A stretch of DNA of 64,000 nt from Candidatus Moraniibacteriota bacterium (GTDB taxonomy: Bacteria > Patescibacteriota > Minisyncoccia > Moranbacterales > UBA1568). The DNA lies in contig JBAQEZ010000003.1 of the NCBI GenBank assembly GCA_049287005.1, forward strand, positions 533,808-597,807, given 5' to 3'. Below the pieces are notes generated by a model. The model worked only from the letters and a program-made list of their open reading frames with translations, had not been told where the DNA came from and searched no databases. Every line of letters starts with the position of its first letter. Positions within the stretch are counted from its first letter, which is position 1. Shown in pieces: positions 28,173 to 37,124 of this stretch. The position numbers and the translations under genes were made by a program.

Positions 28173-29897
28173 TCAGAACAGATCATTCCAGGTCTTGAGC
28201 TCCTGTATTTGCAGGGTTTGTTCTAGTTGTTTCCGGTTCTCGGGATTCTGCCTGAGAGTCCGGATTTTTCCATCATCGGGAACCAGCGTATAGACCGTGA
28301 GAATGCCGAATCGCTTCTCGTCGATGATGTCGAAGGCTTTTTCTATTCCGCGGGTGCCGTCCGTCGGGTATTGGATGAGGAAGTAATTTCCTTCCGCATA
28401 AAGAGAATCGAAATCGATCTTATCGGAATAGGACATGCCTCGTTTAGTGAGATGGTACCAGAAAAGCGGCTCATACTCATGGTAGGTATTGAGGTAAATC
28501 GGGTAATGATTTTCTTGCTGTCTGGCGAGCATATACTCCGTAACGGCCAGCGCCTCTTTGAGTGTCAGGCGTTTATCATTCGGGAAGATATCCTCGGTTT
28601 CGGCATTCACCTTGTTCCGTGCCGGCGTTGCGAGCTGGAGGAAATGGCTTTGTATTCTCGTCAGGTTGGGAATGAGAAAAAGAAGCACGATGAGGGCAAG
28701 AGACAGGCGACGCGCAGCACTTGTCTCAGGGTGTATTTTTTCCAACAGCATTCCGAACAAGATGATGGCTGCTGGCGCGATCAAGAGATAGAATCTCGGG
28801 TAGAAATGAAAATTACTGGAAATGAGGGAGTAAAAATAAGCGAAGGGAACCACGATCCACAGGGACAGCAAGACCAAGAAATCCGTACGCCTGGTATCCT
28901 GCTCTTTTCTCAGCGCGTATGCCAGCAGGGCGAGCTCGGCACAGAAGAGCACCAGGGCGACTGCGCGCCAGGGCAGATTAGCATCATCTTGCAGGCCATA
29001 TCCTTGGATTCGTTTGCCGTTGATGCGGTCGATTCCGGAATTGATGAAAAAATATCCCGAGGCATTATAATTCAGATCAACCATCGCTTTTCGGAGCGTA
29101 TCCTGGAATGACCCAAGAGGAGCAGCGCTGGTTTTGGATATTTTTTTCAAGAAGAGATTGACGTTTGCGCCCTGCGTGCTGATATCGCTCAGGATCACCG
29201 GAGTGTATACGGCGGCGACTATGCCCAGCGCGGCTATCCATATTTTCAGCTTGAATGTCGGCCGTTTGTAGAGCAAGAAAAGGATGGCAATCGTCGGAAT
29301 GGTGAAGAAAGCGTTGAAATGGATCTGTGATGTGATGGCAATTGCCGCGGCAGCGGTGAGGAACCAGGTATTTCGTCTTGGTTCCGCTTGGGAAACGCTG
29401 CGTAGGAGCGCGTAGAAGGAAAGGATGGTCAAGAAAGGCAGGACATTCGGACTCCAGGAAAAACGTCCATATAGTATCAAAAATACTGATGTCGAGAAAA
29501 GGGTCGTGAGCGCGAGCGCGAGCGCCAGAGTGAAATATCTGCGGATAAAAACATAAAAGAGGGGAATGGCGAGAATGGAAAAGATCAGGACGAGCGCGGC
29601 ATGTCCAGCGGGGGTATTCCCGAAAATGAGCGCGCTCGCGTATTCCATGTAATAAAAAGCCGGACCGAGGCGCAGTGCCCTGCCGCCGCCTGCTGTGGGA
29701 CCGAGGAGCGGGAGATGTCCGACACCGTGTTCGATCGCTCCGGAGACGATGCGTGTATCGTATGACTGGTCTATCTCGAACAGGAGCCAATCGTGGAAAT
29801 TATAGGCACGGAGAAAAATACCGACAGCGATGATCATCAGGAGGAGCAAGAGTTCCCATTTGCGTTCCTTGCAGGTTGTGACGATACGTGCGAGCAT
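28173..29897 (-). CDS. GT-C fold membrane glycosyltransferase (GT39/ArnT/PMT-like), paralog 6 of the family at 33.6-42 kb
   Basis: The N-terminal block LRAYNFHDWLLFEIDQSYD...LPLLGP.AGG...LGPAFYY is shared with the five tandem paralogs. Multi-TM N-terminal half and C-terminal soluble domain. Confidence 0.6.
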   Translation of the reverse strand: MLARIVTTCKERKWELLLLLMIIAVGIFLRAYNFHDWLLFEIDQSYDTRIVSGAIEHGVGHLPLLGPTAGGGRALRLGPAFYYMEYASALIFGNTPAGHAALVLIFSILAIPLFYVFIRRYFTLALALALTTLFSTSVFLILYGRFSWSPNVLPFLTILSFYALLRSVSQAEPRRNTWFLTAAAAIAITSQIHFNAFFTIPTIAILFLLYKRPTFKLKIWIAALGIVAAVYTPVILSDISTQGANVNLFLKKISKTSAAPLGSFQDTLRKAMVDLNYNASGYFFINSGIDRINGKRIQGYGLQDDANLPWRAVALVLFCAELALLAYALRKEQDTRRTDFLVLLSLWIVVPFAYFYSLISSNFHFYPRFYLLIAPAAIILFGMLLEKIHPETSAARRLSLALIVLLFLIPNLTRIQSHFLQLATPARNKVNAETEDIFPNDKRLTLKEALAVTEYMLARQQENHYPIYLNTYHEYEPLFWYHLTKRGMSYSDKIDFDSLYAEGNYFLIQYPTDGTRGIEKAFDIIDEKRFGILTVYTLVPDDGKIRTLRQNPENRKQLEQTLQIQELKTWNDLF

Positions 29898-29923
29898 AGC
29901 CCCGAATATTTTTTATCGGCAGA

Positions 29924-31588
29924 TCAGCGTTCCTGGGTCGCGTCTGTCAGGCCCTTCGTTCTTGCTTGTTCAAAGCCGCTGTCACGGATATTGATATCGG
30001 TGGATATTCCATCTTTGAGCAAGAGGCAAATCGGGATGTTGATGGTGCACGCTGTGTTGTTGAGATTGATATGGGAGCTGTTCACTATGACGAAGAGGGG
30101 ATCGTTGTCCTTGGGTGTCAAGTGGATATTTTTGAAGTCAATACCATCGGTATGGGTAAGTTTGATGCCAAGTCGTGTCGCGAAAATGATGTCCTCGACA
30201 GAAACATCGCTCACGGGGAGATCTGGCAATCCATTGATACTGATAGCCTGGGAAGTCTTTTCGGCAGATATGTTTTTCAGATGGATGTTTCTGAAGAGTG
30301 GCGGCGTCGTACTATCGATCCGAAATGGCATGCCGTACGATGTGGCAATCTGGATAGCTTCAATAGACGCGTGCTTGATCGCCATGTTTTCTACCCAAAC
30401 ATTTTCGACAATGCCTCCACGCCCCCTTGGTGCCTTGATGCGAAAGCCGAACTGGGCTTCCTCGACGTCGATATTGCTGACGAAAACATTGCGTACATCG
30501 CCTGATACTTCGCTACCTATGGCGATCGCTCCGTGAGCTTCGTTGACGATAGAATTGCGGATGATGACGTTTTCCGTCGGACGATGCAAACGCATGCCTT
30601 CCTTGTCTCTTCCTGATTTGAGGACGATGGCATCATCGCCGGTATCGAGTGTCGAGTTCTCGATCAGGACATTCGAAGCAGAATCGATGACTATACCGTC
30701 GGTGCTCGGTCCAGGACTGGTCCTGATGTCTACATCGCGAATGATGATATGGTCGCTGTAAAGCGGGTGAATGGTCCACATGGGGCCGTTGACAATCCTC
30801 ACATTTTCCACCAGCACATTGCTGCAGTGAACGAACTCGATGAATGCCGGCCGGAGTCCCGCGGCTTCCGTTCCGAAGACTCGTTCGGCGAGCGGAATAT
30901 TGTCATCGCCCATCGCGTAGAGCGCATTGATGGAGGCTGTGGCGCGATCTTTCATCTTCCACCACAAAATGGGACCTTGTCCGTCGAGCGTACCGGCGCC
31001 GGTCACGGCGACATTGGTACAGCCCGCGGCGTAAATCGGCGGGGAATAGTTGTAGTATTCGATGCCCTCAAAGCGTGAAAACACAACCGGCAAGTAGTCC
31101 GCGGCGTTGGTGCTGAAAAGAATTTTGGCATCCCTTTCTACGTGGAGCTCTATATTGCTTTGCAGGCGAATCGGTCCCGTAAGCCATATGCCTGGCGGAA
31201 CGATCACTTGACCTCCGCCGGCAGCAGCGCAGGCAGCGATCGCTTGTTGGAATGCTTCGGTATTCGATGTTTTCCCATCCGCTATCGCTCCATAATCAGC
31301 GATGGAACAGACATGATCGGGGAACAGCGGCTCTTTGATCGACAGCGTATTGGCATCAGGCGTGGCGATTTCTCTGGCGCGGAAGAGATAGTCGATAGTC
31401 GGTGCCTCAGCGATGCGGGATATTTGTCCTTTGGAAAGGATGTCCCAGGACCATATCTTTTCGAGAGATATCCTGGCGAAAGAAAAAAGCCCAAAAAAGA
31501 TAAAGAAAGCAAGGACAAAAAAGAGTACAGCTTCTTTCTTCGAGCCGATATGCCTTTTCAATGTTTCTCTGAGGGAGCGGATGCTCAT
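29924..31588 (-). CDS. membrane-anchored glycoside hydrolase family 28-like right-handed beta-helix protein
   Basis: N-terminal signal anchor FFVLAFFIFFGLFSF. Three of the four canonical GH28 motifs are readable in order: DTGDDAIVLKSG (DD), EAHGAIAIGSE (GHG) and GFRIKAPRG (RIK). An N-terminal NTD-like motif was not pinned down. Confidence 0.7.
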   Translation of the reverse strand: MSIRSLRETLKRHIGSKKEAVLFFVLAFFIFFGLFSFARISLEKIWSWDILSKGQISRIAEAPTIDYLFRAREIATPDANTLSIKEPLFPDHVCSIADYGAIADGKTSNTEAFQQAIAACAAAGGGQVIVPPGIWLTGPIRLQSNIELHVERDAKILFSTNAADYLPVVFSRFEGIEYYNYSPPIYAAGCTNVAVTGAGTLDGQGPILWWKMKDRATASINALYAMGDDNIPLAERVFGTEAAGLRPAFIEFVHCSNVLVENVRIVNGPMWTIHPLYSDHIIIRDVDIRTSPGPSTDGIVIDSASNVLIENSTLDTGDDAIVLKSGRDKEGMRLHRPTENVIIRNSIVNEAHGAIAIGSEVSGDVRNVFVSNIDVEEAQFGFRIKAPRGRGGIVENVWVENMAIKHASIEAIQIATSYGMPFRIDSTTPPLFRNIHLKNISAEKTSQAISINGLPDLPVSDVSVEDIIFATRLGIKLTHTDGIDFKNIHLTPKDNDPLFVIVNSSHINLNNTACTINIPICLLLKDGISTDINIRDSGFEQARTKGLTDATQER

Positions 31589-31589
31589 T

Positions 31590-33434
31590 TTATTGTTCGT
31601 TAGCCCGTAGTTTTCCCATTTCTATCACCTTGACATAATTATTCGAGCGACCGCCGATAGTGACCGTGTACACGGTATCATCCGTGGCATAGGCTTTCTT
31701 GAAGTCGATGATATTGTTCGCGCTGCCGGCAAGCTTCAATGTTCTTGACTTGCGGCCGGACGAAACTACCACATAGTCGAACGACACGTCCTTTATTCTC
31801 TTGTTGGAAAATCCGATGATGCATTTACCTTTGAAAACCGCGCAGACAGCCCCTTTGTCGGACCAAACGGTGAGCTTCTCTGGTTGTGGAAGGCTATTGA
31901 GATAGGCTGCTGCTTCGTAGCTGCCGTCGCCCATATCTTTGAGATTGACGAAGTATTTCTCCGGGAGAAGTGAAGAGGTGTAGGCAAAATAGAACGGCTT
32001 GACGCCAAACAGACTGGTGATGGAAAGAGCGATGATAAGAAAATATGCCGCAGAGGAGGGGAGGTATTTTTTCACTTTCTCAAGCGAAAGAATATGCGCC
32101 AGTCCGATTGCCGCAACAATGAAGGCAAGCGGGTAGAGCGTGATTTGGTAACGCACCGTGGCGACGACGTTGTTAACGGTTGAGGCGAGGTAATAGAACA
32201 GAATGAACAGTGTCAAATAAAAAACGATTTTCGCTTCAGAGGAATCGCACCATTTCTTTCTGAAGGTGAATATGAGAGCGGCAAGAAAGGAAAAAAGCAC
32301 CAGCGGTGAAAAGGCGAAGATAAGGCTGTAGATATCTGCCGTGATTCTATCGGCATAAAGAAGCAGGCGAGAACCTTCACCGATACCTTTCGGCGAGGCG
32401 AGCGTCCCGTTGCTGTCGAGCATCGACATACTCGTGTACGTATTCACCAAGACGAAGGCTGCGCCCGCGAGAAAGAGTGCCGCCGTGATTTGCACGATCA
32501 ATCTTTTGTAGCGCGAGAGGAAGTTCAGCGTGGATACGGTTACCTGGCTTTTGAGGAAGAAAATATCGGCGAGTACCAGGGCGAAGACCCCTACAAAAAG
32601 AGGCCATGTTGTTTCGAAAGCCTGACTCAAAAAAGTGCCTTGCAGCAAGAGGTTCGGATTCACCCAGGTGGCCGGGTAGAAAACGAAAAAAATGAGCATA
32701 GAAATCGCCACGAGGATCAGGTAGTTCCGAAGGGATTGTTTCAGATACGTTACGATCGGGGGTTTTTCCTGGGAAAACATGTAATCGAGAAAGGGAAGAA
32801 AAAAGAAAAAAACATAGAGGATATTGGCGACGTATTTGGTCAAGAGAGCGGCCCCGAGCAGCATGCCACTGACGTACAGATACCTGTGTTCTCCTTGTTT
32901 CTGAAAAACGAAATAGGAGAGCAGGGAAAGGGGCAGGAAAAGCCAGAGCAGAGAATCGGGATTGATAATAAGAGACATGCCGAGCAGGATAGGCGAGAGG
33001 CCGATGAACACGAAGGCGATGAGCGCCGTTGTTTCATCGAAAAGTTTTTTGAGCAGAAGATAAAAAAATGGAAGCAACAAGACGCAAAAAAGGTAAATCG
33101 GCAGGCGGAAATAGAAATTGATATCGTTGATGTCTTTCAGCTCAGCTTCCGTTTTGACGTCTCCGCGAAGGCTTTTGTAGGGCATCGGATCTATCTTGAT
33201 GAGTCCTGCGCCGGAGATGATAGCCACGGTGATGCCAGGTTTGTCGTTGACGCTGGTAGTTTTCCAGTTATGAGCCTTGATGCCGTTCCAAAACTTGGTA
33301 ATGCGGCCATAGGTCCAGTAGGGCTCGTCCACAGAAGAATAATTGCCGAGACGCGTCAGACCGAAGGCCAAGTTGGACAACAGGACGATAGCAATAACCA
33401 GAGGGGCGACGTATTTTTTGAAAGATGCTTCCAT
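31590..33434 (-). CDS. GT-C fold glycosyltransferase family 39-like (dolichyl/undecaprenyl-phosphate-sugar dependent protein or glycan transferase)
   Basis: DEPYW sits in the first extracytoplasmic loop, the DE motif typical of the PMT/ArnT family. About 12 TM helices. The start is placed at MEASFKKY. The longest ORF reaches 33548. Confidence 0.6.
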   Translation of the reverse strand: MEASFKKYVAPLVIAIVLLSNLAFGLTRLGNYSSVDEPYWTYGRITKFWNGIKAHNWKTTSVNDKPGITVAIISGAGLIKIDPMPYKSLRGDVKTEAELKDINDINFYFRLPIYLFCVLLLPFFYLLLKKLFDETTALIAFVFIGLSPILLGMSLIINPDSLLWLFLPLSLLSYFVFQKQGEHRYLYVSGMLLGAALLTKYVANILYVFFFFLPFLDYMFSQEKPPIVTYLKQSLRNYLILVAISMLIFFVFYPATWVNPNLLLQGTFLSQAFETTWPLFVGVFALVLADIFFLKSQVTVSTLNFLSRYKRLIVQITAALFLAGAAFVLVNTYTSMSMLDSNGTLASPKGIGEGSRLLLYADRITADIYSLIFAFSPLVLFSFLAALIFTFRKKWCDSSEAKIVFYLTLFILFYYLASTVNNVVATVRYQITLYPLAFIVAAIGLAHILSLEKVKKYLPSSAAYFLIIALSITSLFGVKPFYFAYTSSLLPEKYFVNLKDMGDGSYEAAAYLNSLPQPEKLTVWSDKGAVCAVFKGKCIIGFSNKRIKDVSFDYVVVSSGRKSRTLKLAGSANNIIDFKKAYATDDTVYTVTIGGRSNNYVKVIEMGKLRANEQ

Positions 33435-33581
33435 AAGGATCAATATATCAAAAAAAATGAAAGAATCCTCAGATTCTCTTGTACCGATGATTTCCTCCCT
33501 CATGGTACAGGAAACACGACATTTTGCAAAGAAAAGAGAGCAACGCAATAAGGTTTTTTGGCTTTACGCAGGAGGCTGCTC

Positions 33582-33629
33582 ATGGTACCATTGATGCGAC
33601 ACAGGCAATGGATCGCTTTGGGAAAATGA
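33582..33629 (+). promoter_or_regulatory. candidate 15-codon leader ORF (MVPLMRHRQWIALGK) preceded by a consensus SD and ending in an ATGA overlap with the first GT-C paralog
   Basis: GGAGG at 33571-33575 lies 6 nt before the ATG at 33582. Its stop TGA (33627-33629) overlaps the ATG at 33626, which begins MTMQEYIDTLKKHW. Confidence 0.3.
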
Positions 33630-35383
33630 CCATGCAAGAATATATCGATACTCTGAAGAAGCATTGGGTGGTAGTCGCGCTGCTGCTGGTTATTGCAGGC
33701 GCTTTTTGGGTGCGTTTTTATCATTTTGATGAGTGGCTCTATTTCAAGATGGATCAGTCGCGGGACGCTCTCCTCATTGGCAATGCCCTAGAGAATGGGC
33801 CGGGATACCTGCCCCTCTTGGGAGCGCGAGTGGGAGCCGTGCAGCTGGAGCATGGCTTCTTGCGGCTTGGTCCGGCGTATTATTATTTCCAGTACCTTTC
33901 CGGCGCGATCTTCCATTCTGCTGATCCGGCAGTTTTCGCTTATCCGGATTTATTTTTTTCGATCGCAGTCATCCCGCTTCTGTTTCTCTTCTTGCGGCTT
34001 TATTTCTCTCGCAGACACGCGTTGTTTATCGTGACGATGTACGCTTTTTCGTTTCTCATCATCCAATACTCCCGCTTTGCTTGGAATCCCAATTCCTTGC
34101 CATTCTTTATCATCCTCAGTTTCTATGGACTGCTCCGATTCTTGAATGATGGACGGCCGCACCAGAAAAAATGGTGGCTGGTACTGTGGGCATCCGGCAT
34201 CACAATCGGTTCGCAGTTGCACTTTTTCGGATTCTTCAGCCTGCTCGGTATTTCCGGTTTGCTCATTCTTTCCCATCTGCGTGTGTGGAATCGCGAGCGT
34301 TTGAACTCTCTTTTTCAGAAGAACATGCTCAAAAAATTCGCGCGGTTCGTCGTGATTGCCGGAGCAACGGTGCTCGTACTCTATACGCCGGTGATTATCA
34401 GTGATGTGATGGAAGGCGGACAGAACACGAAGAATTTTATCGAGGCGCTGACCGCGAAAGCTGACAAAAAGCCGATGCCGCAGAAACTGCAAAAAGCCGT
34501 GGAGGAAAACTTGAACTATTATTGCCTTTTGACGACATCCAGTTGCTATACGAGCGATTGGAAAAAAAATGCCTTGCCCATCGGGGCCACTGGGTTCGTA
34601 CTGGTTGCCGGTTTGTTTCTCTCAATATGGCGATTACGGAGCGAGAAGAATCAGCTTTCTCGGGATTTCATCATGCTGACGCTGCTGTGGTTCGGCGTGT
34701 TTTCCGTTCTGACGATTCCGGTCGCCTTTCAGCTCCGACCGCGTTTCTATATAGTCGTTTTCGCGCTCCCGTTCATTTTGCTGGGATTCGTGTATGAATT
34801 TTTGGAAAAACGCTTCGGACCGAAGGCGCTAGTGGCGACGGCGCTCATCACGGCCGCGGTGCTGGCAGCCAATATGCGCGGAACGGCGTTGTGGTTCATG
34901 GAGCAGGCAAGCGCACAGGTACAGACCACCGATACCAAACGGACACTGATTTTGAAAAATAAAGATGGCGTGACATTGGGACAATTGGATGGTGTCACTG
35001 ATTGGATGTACGCGCGCTATCATGAGGGTGATACACTGTATTATTATGTGAAACCGGAACATGAGCGGCCGATCAATTTCTTGCTGAAAGAGAAAGGAAA
35101 CAAGGATTTGCGTTTTACGACCGTGAAAATAAATCAAGATCCTCACGCGCAATTTTTTGCCATCACGCCGGCAAAAAACGGACTCGATCCGGTCATCAAA
35201 AAATTCAAGCAAGGAATTCTCGTGATAGATTCGCAGCAATTCGGACAGCTACTCGTTTCAGAAATAGTGTTTTCTGACAGGATTGTTTCCGATTCTTTCC
35301 GTATGAAAAACGAGGGTGGCGGCGAAGACCGTCTTTTCTGGAAAGATGTTCTCGTATTCCAATCCGAAAAAAAGAAAGAATAG
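33626..35383 (+). CDS. GT-C fold membrane glycosyltransferase (GT39/ArnT/PMT-like), tandem paralog 1
   Basis: Conserved N-terminal block FWVRFYHFDEWLYFKMDQSRDA...LPLLGARVG...LGPAYYYFQ...AYPDLFFS...YSRFAWNPNSLPFF. About 11 TM helices then a soluble C-terminal domain. The longest ORF starts at 33524. Confidence 0.6.
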   Translation: MTMQEYIDTLKKHWVVVALLLVIAGAFWVRFYHFDEWLYFKMDQSRDALLIGNALENGPGYLPLLGARVGAVQLEHGFLRLGPAYYYFQYLSGAIFHSADPAVFAYPDLFFSIAVIPLLFLFLRLYFSRRHALFIVTMYAFSFLIIQYSRFAWNPNSLPFFIILSFYGLLRFLNDGRPHQKKWWLVLWASGITIGSQLHFFGFFSLLGISGLLILSHLRVWNRERLNSLFQKNMLKKFARFVVIAGATVLVLYTPVIISDVMEGGQNTKNFIEALTAKADKKPMPQKLQKAVEENLNYYCLLTTSSCYTSDWKKNALPIGATGFVLVAGLFLSIWRLRSEKNQLSRDFIMLTLLWFGVFSVLTIPVAFQLRPRFYIVVFALPFILLGFVYEFLEKRFGPKALVATALITAAVLAANMRGTALWFMEQASAQVQTTDTKRTLILKNKDGVTLGQLDGVTDWMYARYHEGDTLYYYVKPEHERPINFLLKEKGNKDLRFTTVKINQDPHAQFFAITPAKNGLDPVIKKFKQGILVIDSQQFGQLLVSEIVFSDRIVSDSFRMKNEGGGEDRLFWKDVLVFQSEKKKE

Positions 35384-35388
35384 ACGGT

Positions 35389-37122
35389 ATGCACAAGCTC
35401 TCTTGTAGCCCTGTTCCAAGGATTCCCCGGCATGTATGGATCCTTTTGATTATCATCTCGGTCGGGATTTTTTTTCGTACCTATCACTTTCATGACTGGC
35501 TCTTGTTCAAGGGGGATGCTTTCCGAGATGCCACCATGGTTTCCAACGCGTATCGGGTCGGCGTCGAATCCTTGCCCCTCCTCGGTCCGCGCGCCGGTGG
35601 GACGATGCTCCATTTGGGTCCGATATTCTATTACTTTCAGTACGCGGCAGTCTCTCTCTTCCGGAGCATGAGCGCTCCGGTACTGGCTTATCCCGACCTT
35701 TTCTTCTCCATTCTCACCATCCCGGTATTCTATTGCTTCTCGAAGCGTTATTTCTCTTCTCTCTGGTCACTCGCCATGGCTGCGATGCTGGCGGTTTCTT
35801 TTCTCGCGATAGAGTACGGCAGATTCGCATGGAATCCGAATTCTACCTTATTTTTTACGCTGGTCTTCTCGTACGCATTGCTCAGGCTTTACGATACGGA
35901 ATCGGTAGCTAAAAATCCGCTCCGCTGGTCCTTTGTCGCCGGAACGGCGCTGGCGATAGCTTCACAGCTGCATTTCAGCGCTTTTCTCGGTCTGCCCATA
36001 GCCCTGATACTGTTTCTCCTGTTGCGCTTGAAAGATACCAAAAAGGTCTTATCGTACAAAGTGGTTCTCGTTTTCTTGCTCTCTTTGCTCATCGTGTATG
36101 CGCCCGTCTTTATCAGCGAACTCTTCAAACAGGGGGAGAACACGCGCTTATTTTTCTCAGCTATTTCGAGCAAAGCGGATTCGCACGGCATGTTGCAGAA
36201 TATTTTTCTGGTCGCAGTCATGTTTGCGAAATATTTTCTCCGGATCGGTCTGGGCATCGTAGCCTCAGGGAAAACGCTGCTCGTGCTGGCGGGTCTTTTC
36301 GGCGGAGCTGGATTCCTGGCGAATGTGCTTCTGTTGCGCGATGAAAAAAATGAAACGAAGCGAAACTTCTTGCAATGGACGCTCATCCTGATAAGCGTGT
36401 ATTTTCTTCTGTATATACCGTTGGCATTCAAAATCGATCGCCCGCGATTCTTTCTGCCGTTCATGATGCTTCCCTATCTCTATCTCGGATATATACTGGT
36501 GTTTCTCCGCAAGCATACGGCCTATCCCCGTTTGATCGCGGCTTGCGGACTGCTGGGTCTGGGTGTGGTCGTATACGGCAACGTGAGCGCTACCGTAAGA
36601 TGGTTTTCCGATCTCAGCGATGCGCAGCAGACCCTCACGAGTACCGTCGAGAAAAACAGCAAAGGGAAGAATTTTTGGCTGACCTGGGGACACTTCGATA
36701 GGGCGGCGACGGCCATTGATGCATCATGCGGAAAATACAGCACCATTTATTTCTCGATGGCCAAAAATATCATGGAATATAGCCACTCTCTTGAATACGC
36801 ATTGCTTCAGAAGGGGCCCGAGAGGGAGATTGTGATTGAAAGGAAATATGCTTCCAGCAAGAGGGCAGGGTGCTACTACTTCATTGCCTTGCCCCATGCT
36901 TCACTGCCGGAGCTGATCGTGCAAGAGCGGAGGACTGCGCCTCTTGACGTCGGCAATCTTCATATTATCCGTTTCTATCCGGCAGGTGCGGAAGAAACAC
37001 CTGGAGAGAATGTGGTTCCTACGGGAAAACAAAAGAAAGAAACTTTTTTCGTTCCTGAAAAAATAACGAGAAATAGCCGCGTGTTTTGGGGAGACGTGTG
37101 GTATAAGCTGCGTTACTGGTAA
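35389..37122 (+). CDS. GT-C fold membrane glycosyltransferase, tandem paralog 2
   Basis: Same conserved block: FFRTYHFHDWLLFKGDAFRDA...LPLLGPRAGG...LGPIFYYFQ...AYPDLFFSILTIP...YGRFAWNPNSTLFF. Confidence 0.6.
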   Translation: MHKLSCSPVPRIPRHVWILLIIISVGIFFRTYHFHDWLLFKGDAFRDATMVSNAYRVGVESLPLLGPRAGGTMLHLGPIFYYFQYAAVSLFRSMSAPVLAYPDLFFSILTIPVFYCFSKRYFSSLWSLAMAAMLAVSFLAIEYGRFAWNPNSTLFFTLVFSYALLRLYDTESVAKNPLRWSFVAGTALAIASQLHFSAFLGLPIALILFLLLRLKDTKKVLSYKVVLVFLLSLLIVYAPVFISELFKQGENTRLFFSAISSKADSHGMLQNIFLVAVMFAKYFLRIGLGIVASGKTLLVLAGLFGGAGFLANVLLLRDEKNETKRNFLQWTLILISVYFLLYIPLAFKIDRPRFFLPFMMLPYLYLGYILVFLRKHTAYPRLIAACGLLGLGVVVYGNVSATVRWFSDLSDAQQTLTSTVEKNSKGKNFWLTWGHFDRAATAIDASCGKYSTIYFSMAKNIMEYSHSLEYALLQKGPEREIVIERKYASSKRAGCYYFIALPHASLPELIVQERRTAPLDVGNLHIIRFYPAGAEETPGENVVPTGKQKKETFFVPEKITRNSRVFWGDVWYKLRYW

Positions 37123-37124
37123 TT

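Noticed and set aside
28227-29111. 294-aa plus-strand ORF antisense to the GT-C paralog at 28173-29897
   Set aside because: The translation is charged and low-complexity with no motifs. It lies entirely inside a minus-strand gene with clear membrane-protein features. It is a typical shadow ORF in GC-richer DNA.
32490-33551. 353-aa plus-strand ORF antisense to the GT39-like gene
   Set aside because: It is rich in E/K/R/H/Q repeats and has no TM or motif. The opposite strand encodes a coherent 12-TM protein with a DEPYW loop motif.
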